Below the pieces are notes generated by a model, which worked only from the letters and a program-made list of their open reading frames with translations, was not told the origin of the DNA and did no database searches. This document shows, in pieces, positions 38,519 to 42,098 of a DNA stretch of 42,098 bases (positions are counted from its first letter, which is position 1; each line of letters opens with the position of its first letter). The position numbers and the translations under genes are program-made. Origin of the DNA: Actinomycetota bacterium (GTDB lineage Bacteria; Actinomycetota; Actinomycetes; Actinomycetales; Microbacteriaceae); contig JBEGRX010000001.1 in the NCBI GenBank assembly GCA_041180205.1, positions 1 through 42,098 on the forward strand, in the 5' to 3' direction.

Positions 38519-39393
38519 TCACGCATGAGTCCCGAGGCGAAGTTGTCCTGCATGCCGCGACTGACCGTCCGAAGGCTGCGTTTGTGACAGTCTGGGGGAG
38601 CGCTGGCAGCGGTAAGACTTTGCTCGCGATCAATTTATCCTTCGAGATAGCTCGACTTGGTAAAAGAGTTCTCCTCATAGATGCCGACTTAAGACGACCA
38701 TCGGTCGCGTCATGGCTAGGGCTTACTAATTCAGGTCCTGGGCTTACTGCGGCGTTGAGATTAGCCTCTTTAGATCGACTCGACGTAGACGAATTAATTC
38801 GATTGAGTGCGGAATTAAAATTCGGAAACTTCAAACTAGACGTTTTGACTGGGCTTCCCCATCCCAAACGCTGGTCTGAGGCAACTCCTGCAGCCGTGTC
38901 GACTGTGATGAATGTCGCTGCTGACCATTATGAATTCGTGGTGCTGGATGTAAATGAAGATCTTGAGTCGGACCAAGATTTGAAATCGAGCCACCAATCA
39001 CGCGAAACCCTAACAAGCTCGATAGTTTCTGTCACGAATTTGCTACTAGCGACTTTCACATCGGATCCAGTAGGCGTGAATCGGCTGTTGTTTGATCTCC
39101 AAAATGTCGAGCGTGATTACTGGCTCATCGCAAATCGGACCGGTTCAAAGAATCTTGGGAAGCCAGGATATAGGGAGCTACAGGAAACCCTTGCGCGTTT
39201 TACTTCATCACCATTGCGCGCAAGCCTTCCGACTGATTTTGTGAGCTGTGACTCATCTATTGCGAATGGGCGACCTTTGCTACTTGACTATCCGAATTCC
39301 AAATTGACATTGGCACTGCGCTCATTGGCGACCCAAATCGTCGATGAATGTTCCGCAAGGCTAGACTCGATGGGTGGTCAAACAGGACTCTAA
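38515..39393 (+). CDS. CpaE/MinD/ParA-like P-loop ATPase
   Basis: VWGSAGSGKT, VLLIDAD, VLTGLP.P.RWSE, VVLD, IANR. ATGA overlap with the SAF gene. Confidence 0.85.
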   Translation: MITHESRGEVVLHAATDRPKAAFVTVWGSAGSGKTLLAINLSFEIARLGKRVLLIDADLRRPSVASWLGLTNSGPGLTAALRLASLDRLDVDELIRLSAELKFGNFKLDVLTGLPHPKRWSEATPAAVSTVMNVAADHYEFVVLDVNEDLESDQDLKSSHQSRETLTSSIVSVTNLLLATFTSDPVGVNRLLFDLQNVERDYWLIANRTGSKNLGKPGYRELQETLARFTSSPLRASLPTDFVSCDSSIANGRPLLLDYPNSKLTLALRSLATQIVDECSARLDSMGGQTGL

Positions 39394-40801
39394 TTCTCAG
39401 CAGTGGCTTAGGACGCTGCTGGCCGATTGGCAACTTATCGCTGATTTGGCTTTTGGCGATCTCGTCCTATGGACACCTAAGGCTGGAAAGTTACATGCGG
39501 CTGCGCACGCGCGTCCGGCGGCTGCGGCAACATTGTTTTACCGAGACATTACCGGCACTCCCTCTCGATATGACTGGGATCAAACCATTCAGGCAGCTTG
39601 GAATTCCGGGCTTCCGGTGTTATCCGATGAACCGACCAATTACGAGGGCGTAAGAACAAAAATCGACGCATATCCGGTTTTCGCTCCGGGAAAACAGGCC
39701 GATTCTGCTCCAATTGCGGTTATAACTCGCCACACTAATTTGGGGGAATCCCGAATCCCAAACAAGCTTCAGCTCAACTTTGTTGCACTCGGAAACAGCT
39801 TGCTTCAAATGGTCAGCCGCGGCGCTTTCCCAATTGCCGAGGCGGGTAGCGATTCTAAGCGCGGAGCGCCGCGTGCCAATGATGGATTGGTGCGTCTGGA
39901 TCAGAGCGGCCGAGTGCTATTCGCGAGCCCTAACGCACTTTCAATGTTTAATCGCGCTGGCGTGGATGGCGATCTGGAAGGCCGACTATTTGCAGAAAGC
40001 ATCACCGGTCTAGATCTTCGTCAGGATCAGCTAGATGAGGGGCTGCCACTGGTTCTGACTGCCAAGGGAGCTTGGCGTACTGATCTGGAATTTGAAAAGG
40101 TGACGATCGCTGTTCGTTCAATCCCACTTTACGAGGGGGAGGAGCGCGTTGGCGGTGTGGTTTTATGTCGAGACGTAACTGAGCTTCGAGTGCGCGAACG
40201 TGCCCTGATTACGAAAGACATGACGATTCGAGAGATCCACCATCGAGTCAAGAACAACTTGCAAACTGTGGCGTCGTTACTGCGACTGCAATCAAGGCAA
40301 AGTGATTCTGATGAAGTCAAAGAGTCACTGGCTCAGGCGATGCGGCGCGTTAGCGCTATCGCGGTGGTTCACGATGTGCTCTCTGAGGGTATCGATCAGG
40401 AAATTTCCTTCGATCAGATCTTTAAGCGCATTTTGCTACTGGTGCCAGAAATTGCCGGATATCACACCACCGTAAAGACGGAATTCTTTGGAAGCTTTGG
40501 CGAATTGGCCGCCGAGCGTTCAACTCCTTTGGCCCTAGTGCTAACCGAAGTGGTCGCAAATGCCGTGGAGCATGGCCTATCGGATCGCAGTGGCACCATT
40601 CAGGTTGAAGCTGCTCGTGAAAAGAAAACTTTGGTAATTACCGTGACCGATGACGGCTCCGGTTTGGTTGAGGGCAAGGTTGGCACCGGGCTTGGAACTC
40701 AAATTATCAAAACCCTGGTTGAGTCCGAACTCCGAGGCAAAATCTTGTGGACCTCGCCAATTCGAGGTGGCACCAAAGTAACGATAGAAATTCCTATTTA
40801 G
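39374..40801 (+). CDS. pdtaS: Cytoplasmic sensor kinase PdtaS (GAF-PAS-HisKA_2)
   Basis: WQLIADLAFGDLVLW, GAPRANDG, FASPNA, REIHHRVKNNLQ, NAVEHG, DDGSG, GLGTQI; no TM segment. Confidence 0.9.
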   Translation: MVKQDSNSQQWLRTLLADWQLIADLAFGDLVLWTPKAGKLHAAAHARPAAAATLFYRDITGTPSRYDWDQTIQAAWNSGLPVLSDEPTNYEGVRTKIDAYPVFAPGKQADSAPIAVITRHTNLGESRIPNKLQLNFVALGNSLLQMVSRGAFPIAEAGSDSKRGAPRANDGLVRLDQSGRVLFASPNALSMFNRAGVDGDLEGRLFAESITGLDLRQDQLDEGLPLVLTAKGAWRTDLEFEKVTIAVRSIPLYEGEERVGGVVLCRDVTELRVRERALITKDMTIREIHHRVKNNLQTVASLLRLQSRQSDSDEVKESLAQAMRRVSAIAVVHDVLSEGIDQEISFDQIFKRILLLVPEIAGYHTTVKTEFFGSFGELAAERSTPLALVLTEVVANAVEHGLSDRSGTIQVEAAREKKTLVITVTDDGSGLVEGKVGTGLGTQIIKTLVESELRGKILWTSPIRGGTKVTIEIPI

Positions 40802-41445
40802 GCAGCTAGGTTTTCGAGCATCAGCGTTACCGCCTGTGCTGGAGCCAGACCCTGCGGGAACTGCGGCGCTTGACCGGCGATGGCTCTGGTAGACAGCCCA
40901 GTTTCGGTGTGACCGAGCAACTCGCTCACCACCTTGATCCCGTTTCTTCTCCACTCCCGTGCTGCAGCCACAAGGAAACCCTGCATTGCCATCTTGGATG
41001 CCGAATAGCTGGAGAGATTGGGCAATGGAGTTTGAGCGACCACACCGGTCACATTCAATACAAAGGCACCCTCGGTGCCGGCAAGGTTGGGATGCAAAGC
41101 AACAAGCAAGTCTCGCGGGCCGCGGTAGTTCACTTGCAATAACTTGGCATCAATCTCGGCTGGGGTTTCGGTTGCCAATCCGAAGGCAACTAACCCTGCG
41201 CAAATAATCACCCCATCAAGCTTGACCGCTGAATTTAGGTAATTGGCCAAGGTCGAAATGGATTCTGAGCTGCCCAGATCCAGCAGCAGTTTCTGCACCA
41301 CTCGGTCGGGGATATTGGCAGCGGATTCGTTGGAGCGAGCGGTGCCGTAAATGTTTGCGCCAGCTGACTCGAGTTGCGAAACGAACTCGCGACCCAATCC
41401 GCCCGATGCTCCTACAACCAATATGTTTTTGCCCGAAAAGTTCAT
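40798..41445 (-). CDS. Short-chain dehydrogenase/reductase
   Basis: VGASGGLG Rossmann motif and YSASK catalytic motif. Start at ATG 41445 or 41451. Confidence 0.9.
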   Translation of the reverse strand: MNFSGKNILVVGASGGLGREFVSQLESAGANIYGTARSNESAANIPDRVVQKLLLDLGSSESISTLANYLNSAVKLDGVIICAGLVAFGLATETPAEIDAKLLQVNYRGPRDLLVALHPNLAGTEGAFVLNVTGVVAQTPLPNLSSYSASKMAMQGFLVAAAREWRRNGIKVVSELLGHTETGLSTRAIAGQAPQFPQGLAPAQAVTLMLENLAA

Positions 41446-41549
41446 AATCATCCCAACCCAGGCTTCGGGCTGCTTATTTCTAGGAAACAAAGAATCCTTG
41501 CGTCTTACTCAAAAGTAGACTTTGACCACCCAAACAAAAGGAACAGCTT

Positions 41550-42032
41550 TTGAAATTTTCCGCATTCGGACTTGCCCTACTGCTTGCACTCTCTGGTTGC
41601 TCAGCAGCCGAGGAAGTTGTTGTTGAGGGGTGTGATGGCGTAGCGGTGGAGGTGAACTTCGGCACTTTAGGCGCTGAGCAAATTTCTAGCTGCATCGAAT
41701 TTGAAGGCGAAGAGATACTGGCAAAAGAGGTACTGTCTCAGGCCGGTGTCGAGTTGGCGGGCACGGTCACATATCCAGATCAAATTGTCTGTCGCGTCAA
41801 CGGACTTCCAAGTGCGACGGAGCCTTTGGAGATCGAAGGTCAAGAGCCTCACCTTGAAAGCTGTGCCGATATGCCACCGGAGTTCGCCTACTGGGCACTT
41901 TGGGTGAAAAACGATTCAGGCTCGCAGTGGGAGTACGCCACAGAGGGAGCGGCTACCCTCAAACTCACCAGAGGCCAATCGGTTGGTCTTGCTTTTGCGT
42001 CGGGAGATAAAACTCCGACCCCTTCAGAGTAA
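41550..42032 (+). CDS. Lipoprotein, DUF4430-like
   Basis: Lipobox LSGC; VCRVNG.P and YWALW..WEYA.EG motifs; four additional Cys. TAGACT and AAGGA upstream. Confidence 0.7.
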   Translation: MKFSAFGLALLLALSGCSAAEEVVVEGCDGVAVEVNFGTLGAEQISSCIEFEGEEILAKEVLSQAGVELAGTVTYPDQIVCRVNGLPSATEPLEIEGQEPHLESCADMPPEFAYWALWVKNDSGSQWEYATEGAATLKLTRGQSVGLAFASGDKTPTPSE

Positions 42033-42098
42033 TGATGACTCGAGCCCGACAGCTTCAATTGGCATTGTTATTGCCTGTTGGATTCTTGGCGGCTCGAG
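42032..42098 (+). CDS. Start of a probable membrane protein (3'-partial), possibly an ECF/ABC component
   Basis: ATG overlaps the preceding stop (TAATG); MMTRARQLQLALLLPVGFLAAR is hydrophobic and open to the window end. Confidence 0.5.
   Translation, partial: MMTRARQLQLALLLPVGFLAAR

Noticed and set aside
469-41907. Many short 60-160 aa ORFs overlapping annotated genes
   Set aside because: All are nested in or antisense to well-supported CDSs and show no family motifs.

Overview
Gene-dense, mostly core chromosomal segment of an actinobacterium. Gene order and protein sequences point to Microbacteriaceae; the moderate GC (by eye), tiny intergenic gaps and many overlapping genes suggest a streamlined freshwater Aquiluna/Rhodoluna-like lineage (inference). 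Content in order: purine salvage block (add, orphan PTS IIA/IIB, flavin-binding protein, phosphomutase, PNP), lpdA, acyl-CoA carboxylase alpha, maf, TRAM RNA methyltransferase, a three-gene NarL-type signalling unit (regulator, intact kinase, His-less kinase-like protein) followed by a structured non-coding segment, accE/pccB, birA, purKE, a lipoprotein plus 965-aa LysM protein, galE, whiB2-GT2-DUF5719-zincin-like-manB-ahcY-mtrAB-lpqB-comF-hpf-secA, Rv3235-like gene, a DnaA-box-bearing divergent promoter, SAF + CpaE/MinD-like ATPase + pdtaS, an SDR, and a DUF4430-like lipoprotein with the start of a probable transporter gene. I saw no rRNA, tRNA, CRISPR or mobile element. The best candidates for undescribed biology are (i) the regulator/kinase/pseudokinase unit with a possible minus-strand small RNA at 12667-12833, (ii) the DnaA-box promoter driving an orphan SAF-ATPase pair, and (iii) the permease-less PTS IIA/IIB pair. 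All calls come from reading motifs; no searches were run.
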